DNA of 64,000 nt from Balanoglossus misakiensis (Eukaryota > Animalia > Hemichordata), in the NCBI GenBank assembly GCA_040954595.2, contig CM082582.2, forward strand, positions 6,946,063 through 7,010,062, in the 5' to 3' direction. Below the pieces are notes generated by a model. The model was not told the DNA's origin, did no database searches, and was given only the letters and a program-made list of their open reading frames with translations. The position numbers and the translations under genes are program-made. Of this stretch, positions 1 to 11,417 are shown one piece after another; the stretch's first letter is position 1, and every line of letters starts with the position of its first letter.

Positions 1-59
1 GTTGATAATCTTACTGGCCAGCAGGCAGATGGTTCATATCAACAGTCACTAGTACAACG

Positions 60-1475
60 ATGACGCCATTTCGAAGTTGTCGTCGATGGTTCGACACAAC
101 CAGTCTGTTGATATGCCTGGTGATGTGGATCTTCATCATTTACATGCTGCTGTATCACGGGAAAGAGGTTGTGACGACTCCGACATGGAGGTTTGCTGAC
201 TCTAAAGGAGAAACAAGGTAACGTGATACAACCAAGCATACCGTCACTTATTTCACACAAGTACTTTTTTGTAGTATCGATGTTGTGAATCGAGAGCAAG
301 AGAGCAAGCCATTGTTCTCAGAATCTTACAAATTAGAGAAAAATATAATATATATGCCTGATGCGACAGGGGACGGGACTAACATTTTCACTGCCATAAA
401 ATATTTTACTAATTGAATATTTTATTTCTCGTCTGTTTTCAGAAAGTCTAAACCACTGATTGAACCACAGGCGCCAAATGACACCTGCAAGCCGCAGAGA
501 GGACTCGTGTTCGCGAGGACTCCCAGTCGTCAAGGAGACACCTTGGCAACCGTCTTGCAGAGATACGGATATCACAACCAACTTTCCTTCGTGATGGGCG
601 CCGACAGTGACGTCATCTCGCGCGAAGAAACGTTCCACCGGACCATGGCGAGGAAAATGCCGCCACCAATCGACAGCACTGATAAAACGCGAGGGTACGA
701 CATCCTCACCAGTTACGTTCGCTACAACCACAGAGAAATAAACGCCACCGTGCCAAAGGCGGCTCATATCACGCTCCTCGTGGAACCAGTGAACCATTTG
801 CTGTATGTCTTCAATTCGTACAACGTAGAAGAGAGCCTGCACTTGAAAAGGTACAAGAACCCCCTCGAGAAGTTCATGGACACCCCGCAAGCGTACGTGG
901 ACAAGAGGTTCAAATATTGGTATCAAATGCATAACGGGCAGATGTACAGCTTGGGGTTTGACAATGAGCATCACGGCAATCGATCGAAGATAGCGGAGAA
1001 AGTCGAAAGCCTACAGAAAGATCTCGATTTTGTGCTGCTTGCTGAATATTTTGATGAATCGCTCGTCGTTCTCAGAAAGAAGCTATGCTGGCTCTGGGAG
1101 GACATGTTGTACTTGCCGCTCTTGGGCGAAGCGCAGGGGATAAAAAAGAAAAGTTATCTCAAGCCGTCGCTCGCTGCGAACATCGCAAAATGGAACGTGG
1201 CGGATGTTACCCTGTACGAGCACTTCAACAGAAGTCTGCGGGAAGAAATCTCGAGATACGGCCCCTCGTTTCAGGACGATTTGCAATATTTTCGCAAGCT
1301 GCGCGAGAGTTCACGGAACGACTGCCTTGTGGCCGACAACAGCAGATGGCCGATTTCGTTCAGGTTGAAAGAGGGCGCTCGTGCTTACTGCCCTGAGCTT
1401 GCGCAGTCGGAGGAAGAGCTCTGGCGACTCATTCGGAATCGTCAGCAGTCAGCAGGGAAACGGGGCGTCAAGTGA
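60..1475 (+). CDS. Galactose-3-O-sulfotransferase (GAL3ST/cerebroside sulfotransferase)-like type II membrane protein, ~396 aa, catalytic motifs degenerate
   Basis: Exons 60-217 (MTPFRSCRRWFDTTSLLICLVMWIFIIYMLLYHG..., N-terminal TM anchor, donor AG|gtaacg) and 443-1475 (acceptor ttttcag), phase 2 matched. Family hallmarks: CKPQRGLVF, LQRYG, NGQMYSLGF, LDFVLLAEYFDESLVVLRKKLCW, WNVADVTLYEHFNRSL. Confidence 0.88.
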
Positions 1476-3594
1476 CACCTACAAACTGCACAGAGAAGAA
1501 ATCGCGCTCGCCAGGACTAACGGTCACCATGGTGACATCTTGGCAACCATTTGCGGCGCCGTCTAACTTTCTAAGTATACTATTACATCTAAATGGCATA
1601 ATGAAAACACGTAAAAAATCAAGGCTGGTAACTTTTTGACAGGATGTACAAGCAACTTTTGAAAGTTACCAGGCCCGATGTCTGGTATGCATGTATGATG
1701 TTATATCTGGGCAGCGTTGTTTCAAATACTGCCTGTGGCTGTTATATTATAGTGTAATTGTTATGTGTAAAGGCCAGCATTGAGTAGGGCAGAGCCTGAA
1801 AGCTGGGCAGGAACTAAGAAATTCGATGCCGGATTTACCAAGCCTCGAGGAAACGTGTTCACTAATGCGCCATCTAGCTGCACAGTTGATTACACGTGTG
1901 CACCATGATTAAACTATTAAACTTTTAACGGCGTTATGCCCTATGGTGAACATCTGCGCGAAACACTGGGATTACTACTCCACAACACTGTCGAATAGCA
2001 GAGGTCGGCGTCTCGATGAACAACTGCACCTGTAGCGTGCCATGTCTTAAAGCACTGAACAGTTACACGCTTGTTCACGGGATCAGAGTGACGCAATGCT
2101 TCACGTGACAGTGTGCACAAATGCATAGTCTGTAATATCATGTTCGGCTTAGTCCTTGAGGCCTCGCAGCAGGTTAAGATTAGACTCAACAAGTTGTAAT
2201 TTCACTGAGCAAAGGATTTCAGTTTTTCCTTGTGTAAGGATTTATGGCAGAGATGAAAACTTGGGTCGTCTGCATTCGTGGGTCAGTGTTGCTCATCACA
2301 AGAAGTGCTATAAAGAGTGAAGGACGAACAAATGACATAGAATCGAACTATCTGTACTCTCTGGAGCACGATTTTAATGAAATATTTCCCAGAACAAGAT
2401 AGTGTAACGTCTGCAGTTGTTCTTTTTGTGTTATGAATGTTCAGAAATGTTTCCTCGTTCTTGCAGACTGAGTATTACACTTTACATGTAATTGTGCCAA
2501 TTTACAAGTAACACAGGATATGCTGACTTCCAGCTTGATGGATCGGATTTCGGCTAAACATGAAGGAATAGCAATTATTTCTTTCAAATGATAATCAACT
2601 GGTGTTGTACAATCATTCAGGCATTGCACACCCTCGTGTGAGCCAATAAATAATGGCTGCCATCCACTCCTGCGTGACTCTATAAACGTTTTCTTTTGTG
2701 CCCCGGCTATGCATTTTCCCAGAAAAGCATCTGGCTTAGCTATACATTGCGCGAGGTCAGGCTACCAGGACAGTGCATCAGTGTCTGGGTAAACAAGATG
2801 GCGACTAGAGCCCCCTTCACGGTGGCCATCTTTAAAGCCTCGTTTTGGGTTTGGGTTAGACTCTCACATCCCACGGTTCGCCACACAAGGGCAAGGCTCT
2901 TCACTGACGCGCCCTCAACCGTGTAGCAAAGGAGAAGTTCCTTATGGTGTTGTGCAGCGAACCTCAGCACACATGCAATCAGACTATATAAGCCTGCATG
3001 GACGGCGAGAGGGGCTGTGAGAGAGTCCAGGTTTGGCTGTTACACGGACGTCACCTGTGGCATGATGTTCTTATCCTCCAACGCAAAGAGAATTAGAAAT
3101 GCCGGACGAGAACTCTCCGTCTTGACTCGTGAATAATAAATCAGCGCGGGGATTTCAGGGGAAATGTTCACACCCGGTGAAGCATGGTATTCTACTTGCC
3201 CCCCAGAATTACTCACAAGTATTTTTCTTTTTGGGGGCACGCAGTTGGTGTTGTTTATTATTGTTGTCACGTTCATCTTACGAGGACCCCACGCCCAAGG
3301 CGCATATAATAATCTTGTAGCAACAAGATTCTCTTATATAAAGGGAGTTGGGGAAAGGACTTTCTGTCTGAGAATACACATCGGGACTCGGGGAAGAATA
3401 GGGAAATTTGGTCCAAGTAAGTATTCCTTGAGTTTTGATGCACTTTCCAATTCTCTTTCCGCGAGCATGTTCCTGTTATGTTTGATTAGCATTTACCCGT
3501 ATACGTATTCTAGTATTTCGTTATTTTTTATCATTTCGGAGCAAAGGTGTAGCCTTCCGATCATCAGTCATCAGTGTCCGTGGACGACTGCAAG

Positions 3595-5553
3595 ATGACG
3601 CTTCGCTGTAGATTTACGTTGGTTGTGATGATTGCCATAATGCTCCTTCGTCCATTACAAGGATGTCCAACGAAGTGCATCTGCGTCGGCACGTCGGTGT
3701 TTTGTGGTATCCGACGTCTGACTGCAATACCTTCTGACATACCTCCAAGCACGACGTACCTTCAACTCAGCGACAATCTGCTGACGCGTGTCGGAAGCGG
3801 CGCCTTTGCGACATTGTCCGGCCTCCTCAACTTGTATTTGTCCGACAACCGCATCAGTCACGTAGCTGAAGATGCATTCGTTGGCCTCCACCGTCTAAAC
3901 CGCCTTTATCTTAACATCAACCTGCTGACGACCTTGCCCGCTAAGGTATTCGATGGGTTGGTCGAGTTACAATACCTGACGATGTCAAGAAATAGACTAG
4001 ATACATTACCAGAGGAAATCTTTACAAGTTGCGCCAAACTTCAAAGGCTTGACCTCTCCCACAATCGAATCCACGCACTCCCCGATAATATTTTTGGTGC
4101 AACGATCAACCTGTCCCAATTATTCATTAATAATAACGAATTAACCCATTTACCGGAACGTATCTTCCATGGACTAGCGAATCTTGATGTTCTTGACCTA
4201 CAGGACAATAAAATCGCCTGCCTTGCTAAAAATACGTTCGCTGGATTGACCAATCTTGGAGAGCTATATTTAAGAGATAATGAAATCAGAGTTTTGCCTG
4301 AGCATTTATTTCGCGACCTGAGGGAACTATTTCTCTTCACTGCGAACGGCAATTCGATATACTCATTGCAAGAGACGGTTTTTGTCGGGTTGGCCAAGTT
4401 GAAAATCCTGTTCCTGTCTGAGAATTCGTTAACAACCCTGCCGGAAGACATATTTGTTGGATTACAGGCGTTGAGTGTATTATATTTGAACGACAACAAC
4501 ATAACAACACTGCCCGGTAATATCTTCCGTGGACTGGATCAGCTGAATTCTTTGCGACTCGACAACAACCCCTGGGCATGTGATTGCCGTTTAAGGAATT
4601 TCAGAATGTGGTTGGATGATAACAAGCGAAGACTTGACGTTAACTATCTCGCAGTCATGACATGTATCGGTCGTCTTGAAGGAAGTGAGGTGCTGCGAAT
4701 ACCGTTGAACAACCTTACGTGTAATTTACTTCCGGTGTTTAATGCAACGCTCAAAACGATAATCGCTGATATAGGTGACAATATAACTTTGGATTGTGAC
4801 GTAGTTGACCTGCTTGACCACGATAAGTATTGGGACACTCCAGCTGGAGAAGTCATACGTCCGCAAGCGGACCATGAAGGTTCGGGTGAAAGATTTCGTC
4901 AATTAGATGATGGAGCCCTATTGATTTCATCCATTACACTGTCAGACTTTGGGTCCTATACGTGTTTCGCAACGAACTCAGAAGGGACATCTTCGGCCAA
5001 AAGAACCGTGAAGATTGGTTGCATAGGACACACGCCCTCATTCTTTAGAAGACCACCAATCGTCAAGTCAACAGTTGCAGACGAAGTTGTAGTTCCAACC
5101 AAGGATGGCCCGGGCACAACAGTTGGAACATCGGCGCCAGTCACAGCAATGTCATCAGTCGTTGCCGATACATCTTTAATGGGTGTGGCTAGTACAACAG
5201 CGCCAACATCGGCAGATCTCACGAAGGTGGCAGATGTCACCACTCCGGGTTTCAACACAGCGGGCCGATCACTTTGGGCTAAGATCACCGGTTCCACACT
5301 TTTACTGGTCACCGTCGGATTCATCCTGGGTACCCTAACCGCCTTAACTCTACTTGGGACTGTACTTGCAATTAAAAATGGTCGTCGAAACAATACCTCC
5401 GCCGGCAGCGCTGGAGATAAAGCTGGTACTGTGACTGTTTGCAACAACATGGGTCATCCTGGTGGTACAACTTCCAGCTCTTTGGATGCAGCGTCTGTTT
5501 CAGAAATAGGCTTACAAGAAATCCAATCAAATGAGAATGTCATTCCAAATTAA
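3595..5553 (+). CDS. LRR + Ig single-pass membrane protein (signal peptide, LRRNT, ~12 LRRs, LRRCT, Ig domain, Ser/Thr-rich stalk, TM, short tail)
   Basis: Single-exon ORF from ATG 3595. CPTKCICVGTSVFC (LRRNT); 24-aa LxxLxLxxN repeats; NPWACDC (LRRCT); Ig motifs ITLDC...W...DFGSYTCFATN; hydrophobic TLLLVTVGFILGTLTALTLLGTVLAI. Confidence 0.93.
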   Translation: MTLRCRFTLVVMIAIMLLRPLQGCPTKCICVGTSVFCGIRRLTAIPSDIPPSTTYLQLSDNLLTRVGSGAFATLSGLLNLYLSDNRISHVAEDAFVGLHRLNRLYLNINLLTTLPAKVFDGLVELQYLTMSRNRLDTLPEEIFTSCAKLQRLDLSHNRIHALPDNIFGATINLSQLFINNNELTHLPERIFHGLANLDVLDLQDNKIACLAKNTFAGLTNLGELYLRDNEIRVLPEHLFRDLRELFLFTANGNSIYSLQETVFVGLAKLKILFLSENSLTTLPEDIFVGLQALSVLYLNDNNITTLPGNIFRGLDQLNSLRLDNNPWACDCRLRNFRMWLDDNKRRLDVNYLAVMTCIGRLEGSEVLRIPLNNLTCNLLPVFNATLKTIIADIGDNITLDCDVVDLLDHDKYWDTPAGEVIRPQADHEGSGERFRQLDDGALLISSITLSDFGSYTCFATNSEGTSSAKRTVKIGCIGHTPSFFRRPPIVKSTVADEVVVPTKDGPGTTVGTSAPVTAMSSVVADTSLMGVASTTAPTSADLTKVADVTTPGFNTAGRSLWAKITGSTLLLVTVGFILGTLTALTLLGTVLAIKNGRRNNTSAGSAGDKAGTVTVCNNMGHPGGTTSSSLDAASVSEIGLQEIQSNENVIPN

Positions 5554-6436
5554 GTATACGCTAAACGATTTCAAGTAGAACACCCAAGAAACTGAATCTT
5601 AGTTCCAAATATTTTTCTGTATATGTTTTTTGAGCGATGAAGTTTTGGAATATTGGTGGACATGTTCGTAGTTATCCAGACTTTTCTGGGCTGTCAGTGT
5701 TAATGATACGAAGTTAAAACATACGTTATATTAAGTATTATATATGAAAGTACCAAGTTATTCAAGGAATATGTGTACACGTTTAAATGAAATGTCAATC
5801 ATGAATTATAATATCTGGAAATTATAATATCTTTGCCACGTGTTATTCGTTTCCTCGTTATTGTCTGACATACAGTCGCCCTGACCCTCGTTTTCAACGC
5901 GTTGTCGAATGATTTCCATATACATGTATTGTTTTTATATTAACCGCAGGAAATCACGCGGTTTTGGAACACTGAAATAAGTTGAAAAAAGGCCATACAA
6001 TTCGCTTAAGGTATTGTTCTGAGCATGCGCTGAAATTTGCCATTTTTGGTTGAATCGCCTTTATTGGTGACAAAATCATTTTTATTATTGAGGACTCGGT
6101 CTTGCAAAGTGCGCTGATGTCCTTACATTGTGCATGTACGATAGATTCCTAAATCGTACACATTTACATGTTGCCTAGAAATAGATGCATACTGCAGCAC
6201 TTAAAAAGTAGGTGCACGGTAGGAACAAAAAATGTCACGGTAAATATAAAACTATGTTTATATTTAGATAATATCATAAAATGAAATAGCCACAAAAGCA
6301 TTTGAAATAAAATGCAGGGAGACTGCAGTACCCTCTTAACGTTGGTCTATGTCTTTGCACACAATCGCATTGTCACTCACTGAACAAGAACGTGTTATCA
6401 ACGTTTCATAATGTCAGCCACGTTACAGCAGGTATT

Positions 6437-7484
6437 CTAGGGAACCATGCCAGAATGATATGCCTTGCAGTAGTAGTGGTCGGTCACGCCATCACGGTGG
6501 TAAGAACAGTATTCAGTAGAGCCGGAATATGTCAGTGTAGCTCCTGCAGGAGGCCCCCAGTACAGTCCCTTGGCAAGACGGTCAGGACACGTCTGTGTAT
6601 ACAATGAAATGAATCGTCGATTTCAAATGAAAGTCTACGAAGTGTAAATGATGCTGATTAATAGAAAAAGAGGACAAGTTGTATTTAATTACGAAATCAA
6701 CTACGATTTATTTACTTACTTCGATTGGATTACATGTTACTTCAAACATTTCGCCTTCATAGTAGTCAATTGTGCACAGTAAACAGTCATCGTTCCATTC
6801 GTCTTCGAGCAAGTGTCCCTGAAATTAGAGAGATTTCCATGTTCTGTAATCGTTTAAGACAAAACAGTGGCATCCACAGAGATCCACAGGTCAGACAGAC
6901 AGGTATGGAAGTCAGAATCATGCAGGCAGGTAGATAGACTGACTTACTGACTGGTTGTCTGACGGACGGACGGACAGACAGACAGACAGACAGACAGTCA
7001 GTCAGACAGCCTGACAACTTGACGTACGGTTGGACGGACATGGCTAGCACTCGTCTTATCATTAATGAAAGCGATAAGGCGGACAGACAGAGAGATACAA
7101 AGAGAGACTGCATGCTAGGTGGACCAGACATACACAAAAACAAGGAGAGCAACCAACGCAATACAAACCAGATCGATCCTGTCCACTTGATCCACCACCA
7201 CAGACATCAGTCTGAAGGTACGTGTCGACCCGATGTATGGACCGACATCATGGTAAATCTGTACGCTTTTCCAGGGTTTTTTTGTTCGCGATTAAGGAAG
7301 GCAGCTCCATCAGCTCTTCGAAGCAATCCACGCCATGCGTGAGAATCACATTCCATATCGCATCGTCATACACCTTTACACTGGCAAGTGTGCATTCCCA
7401 CGCGCAAGAATGGAACGCTCCATCGCCCTGGTGGGCGCAAACCTTGGTGACCAAAATCACACACATGAAGAGGAACACTTTCAT
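6437..7484 (-). pseudogene. Secreted Cys-rich protein, tandem copy A; +1 frameshift in coding exon 1 (pseudogene, null allele or assembly error)
   Basis: Exons 7484-7169, 6818-6720, 6592-6437, with the same phase-0 GT-AG boundaries as copies B and C. A7 run at 7277-7283; with A6 the frame continues NKKPWKSVQIYHDVGPYIGSTRTFRLMSVVVDQVDRIDL, matching the paralogues. Exon 2 GHLLEDEWNDDCLLCTIDYYEGEMFEVTCNPIE; exon 3 TCPDRLAKGLYWGPPAG...YYCKAYHSGMVP*. Confidence 0.8.
6930..7130. repeat. Degenerate (GACA)n/(GACG)n tetranucleotide microsatellite in an intron of copy A
   Basis: gacggacggacggacagacagacagacagacagacag at ~6961-6997 with degenerate flanks; shorter equivalents lie in the same intron of copies B (~8735) and C (~10790). 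Confidence 0.85.
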
Positions 7485-8278
7485 GATTTGTGTTTCTAGC
7501 ACTGCGGCTACTACCGAGACAGCGTACAGTTTTAAATAGTTGTATCTCCACACAATGCATTGGAACTAAATAGGTGGCAAATATACTAAGGATAGATGCG
7601 CGGTGTGCGATAAAAATGCCAATTTTAAACCGTAAAATATCCGAATAACACATTTTTGCTAGCAGTTGTTCTTACTTCTTTTTTTTCGAATGAGTTGCCT
7701 TGTTAACATTCTGGGTCTGTTGGTCGCCCAAAGCGTATACCACAAAGCTAGCACGTCAGCACATAATACGTCATCCATTTGGTTTCCTAGGTCAAGGATG
7801 AAGGTGTTCTCGTTATGAAGCATGTGTCATAATAATTGGGTGCAAATATCAGTTGTGTATTTTAGCGATTATATTTGCCATTTTAAGTAAAAAAAATATT
7901 TGTACCGCTGTTTTACACATGTAACTATGTGTAAGACTATGATAATCACATTCCACTACGGTTCTCTCTTTTAGCCATTTTTGTTTGGTAACACTAATCC
8001 TGTTTTCATAAACATTGGAGGCAAGGTAACTTTCTAGGGGTGAAACAAGGAATTACTTTATTGAGACTCGCCGTAATACTTTACAATGAAATAGAAAATA
8101 AAACATAAGCTCATTAAAACAGAAGTCACGCAAAATTCAATTAAGTCCAACAAAGCTACAGAAACTCGGGTACTCAAAATGAAAGCACTTGAAAGTGAAT
8201 AAGCAGCAAAACTAAAATCCACTCTTGCGAAATGAAGAAAATATTGCAGTGTTACGACGGCCACACCGCGTAGGCATT

Positions 8279-9211
8279 CTAGGGAACCATGTGATTGTCA
8301 GGATGATATGTCTTGCAGTAGTAATGCTCGTTGTCGCCATAATGGCGGTAAGAGCAGTACTCGACGGGACTGGAATATGTCACAGTGGCGCCCTCAGGTC
8401 GACCCCAGTACAATCCCTTGGTAAGGCGGTCCGGACACTTCTATATATTAAGAATGCAAACAAATTTACAATGTCTGATTTTTGAGTGTAACTGTGGATA
8501 GGACTGAAATAGCATCATTTAGGAATGTATAAGTATACTTACTTCGATTGGATTGCATATTACTTCAAAGACGTCGCCCTCATAAAAATCAATTGTGCAC
8601 ACTAAACACAATTCGTTCCATTCGTCCTCTAACAGCTGTCCCTGAAAATTAAAAGAAAACAGTGGCAAACACTCTGTCAAATAGAGACAGGTCGACAAGG
8701 TAGGCAGGAAGGTATAGAATCGCATACAGAGGGAGACAGACAGACATGCGGACAATCAAAGCCAAACCTCGCTTGAGACGTCTATTATTATTACAGAAAA
8801 TGCGTTGAGATGCATGTGCAGAGGACGTACACAGACTCCTTCAAAATATCGAGGCGCGTTGCGTGTTAAAGAAGTGACGCAAATACAAACCAGATTGTCC
8901 CTGTCCACTTGATCAACGACCACAGCCATCAGCCTGAAGGTATGTGTCGACTCGATGTATGGACCGATATCATTGTACACCTTGAAGGTCTTCGAAGGGG
9001 TTTTGTTTGCGATAAAGGAAGGCAGCTCCATCACCTCATCAAAGCAGTCCACGCCGTGAGTGAGAATCACATTCCAGATGGCATTATCATACACTGTTGC
9101 ACTGGCAAGCGTGCATTCCCATTCGGAGGAATGAAATGCTTCTTCCCCTGATGGGACAGCATGAACCATCATGGAGACCAAAATCACAGATATGAAAACA
9201 AAGGCTTTCAT
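8279..9211 (-). CDS. Secreted Cys-rich protein of unknown family, tandem copy B (193 aa)
   Basis: Exons 9211-8891 (MKAFVFISVILVSMMVHA signal peptide ...VDRDNL), 8641-8543 (GQLLEDEWNELCLVCTIDFYEGDVFEVICNPIE), 8440-8279 (KCPDRLTKGLYWGRPEGATVTYSSPVEYCSYRHYGDNEHYYCKTYHPDNHMVP*); all phase 0, GT-AG. Confidence 0.88.
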
Positions 9212-10240
9212 TGTTGTCTGTTCTTCAAGCACAACGCGTCCTAAAATTTAAGAAGATGGAACATCTCTTTACATTTTCAAATTTAAAAAGTTGCCTTCTA
9301 GGTACCGTCGTACATTTTGTACTATTCAATCCTAAAAACTTACACAATTGTATTAAAATATTAAGAGAACTACTAAAACTCGCAGTTTTTCAGAAACACG
9401 CGGTGATTGTCATGGCTATACTCACCTGTAGAAAACTTTTCCGATTTCACAAACAGCTCTCTTAAGTGCTCTGTTGACTGCCGAGGCAACGTTCTGTTTA
9501 ATTTTTTTATATCCCCACATCATATAGAAATAGTTACATGATACATTTAATATATATGCTGGCATATAATAAGCATAAATGGCGGTTTATAATTAAAAAA
9601 AAAACAATATTTATTTTTACATTATACATTGTCCGAATAACGCATTTTGTTAGTAGTTGTTCTTCCTTGTAAAAATTCTGGCAGTGGTAGCTACTCAAAA
9701 TGCGTCCTGGCGGCATGGGCAAAAGAAGTCTGGGAGTGTTGTTTGCTATGGTGATTCCATTGATGAATGGACTGAACGTTTTTTACAAAATTCATTTAGC
9801 ACAAATACTTAACGATTTTGGGCGTGTGTTACCAGTAAGCACGGCACGGGGCCATCTCCATTATACAGTTACATATCAAGGGACTTCGGCTGACAATTCG
9901 AAAGAATTACTGATTTTGTTTTAAAGTTAAGATGTCACTGAATGTCATCAATATTCGTGCATTCTTTTTAATAACGAAATACTAATACCGTACGGTTCCC
10001 TTTTAGTCCATATTTGTCATTTTTGGTAAAAACAAATCAACTTGATAGACAGGATACTTTTCTGCCAGTAAATCATAATGTACTTTATTGAGACTGTGCA
10101 ATAGAAAGGTACAACGTCTGCAAACCGTGGGGAGAAAAGAAGCAAAATTCAATGAAGTCCCACAGCAGTAGATACGCAAACAAAGCGGGAAATTTTCGAT
10201 GCGCTGTTAAAGACTATGTCTTCGTTACACACAAGCGCGT

Positions 10241-11417
10241 TCACCAGGAATATAGTACGCGTTGCATTACGACGGAAGACATCTCGTCATTGTCAAGATA
10301 ATATGGCTTGCAGTACTCGTGGCTTGTATCGCCAACCTGAATAGCATAGCAGTATTCAACAGGGCTTGAATATGTCACACTGGTGCCTTCTGGCTGACCC
10401 CAGTGAAATCCTCTGATAAAACGGACCGGACACGTCTATGATGTAAGAACGTAGAGAAATAAACAGTGTATAGGTGTATAACTATGTTGATTGCTATGCT
10501 CCACCAAATGGTTGTTAAAAGCGACAGAGATAATAAGTGACGACAAAAATTATGAATTATTTACTTACACCTGTTGGTTGATTTATAATTTTAAAAATGT
10601 CGTCCTCATAATAGTCAACCCTGCACGCCGAACAATTGTCTTCCCATTCACCATCTACGTCATTTATGAAATCTCCCTGAAATTAGAGAGATTCCCATGA
10701 ATAATTCAGAATAAAATTGTGGCAAATAATACGTCAGATAGACACAGAGAGGGGCGGGGCGGGGCTGGTAGGCAGGTAGCAAGCAAGAATCAGACAGACA
10801 GGCATAAAAGGCAGGCATTTAGCAAAGATTGAAATGATTGAGCGATAGAAACAACACGAACAATCACTTTGGGGTTACTCTAGCTGTAGGATAGAACACG
10901 CCTCGAAATAGGAGTTTTGGAAGTAGGACGTGACGCACATTTGAATTGAACTGAATTTGACACGTTATTTTTTTTACTGTGCAGTGTGCTTAAAAAGCGT
11001 AGAGCGAGTACGCATTGGAAAATAGTACCGAAGCGCATTGTACGTTAAAAGATACGCAAATACAGGCAAATACAGATCAAAGATACGCAAGTACTGGCAA
11101 ATACAGACCAGATCGATCCTGTCCGCTTCGTCCACATCCACAGTCATCAGTCTGTAGGTATGCGTTGGCCCAACTTCCGGACCTATATCACAGTAGCTGT
11201 ATACGCTCTTCCAAGGGGATTTGGTTGCGATCAAGTTAGGTAACTCCAACAGCTCGTCAAAACACTCCACATCATTTGTGACAAACGAATTGTACAGGAA
11301 ACCATCGTATGCTTTTGAACTGGAAAGTGAGCAGTTGGTTACTTGATGGGGTTGTAGAAATTCAGCGTAAACTCTACTAGTGACCAGAATTGCAAATATG
11401 AAAACGAAAGCTTTCAT
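10241..11417 (-). CDS. Secreted Cys-rich protein of unknown family, tandem copy C (203 aa, most divergent)
   Basis: Exons 11417-11109 (MKAFVFIFAILVTSRVYA...DEADRIDL), 10676-10569 (GDFINDVDGEWEDNCSACRVDYYEDDIFKIINQPTG), 10435-10241 (TCPVRFIRGFHWGQPEG...EYCKPYYLDNDEMSSVVMQRVLYSW*); intron positions identical to A and B. Confidence 0.87.

Noticed and set aside
333-974. 213-aa minus-strand ORF
   Set aside because: Antisense shadow of the sulfotransferase-like exon; no domain features.
3164-3598. 144-aa ORF upstream of the LRR gene
   Set aside because: Low-information hydrophobic sequence containing a likely splice donor (gtaagt ~3417); probably 5' UTR and intron.
4041-5450. Several antisense ORFs (153 aa, 164 aa)
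   Set aside because: Mirror frames of the LRR-Ig CDS.
6787-7161. 124-aa minus-strand ORF rich in CLSV
   Set aside because: Translation of the intronic (GACA)n microsatellite.
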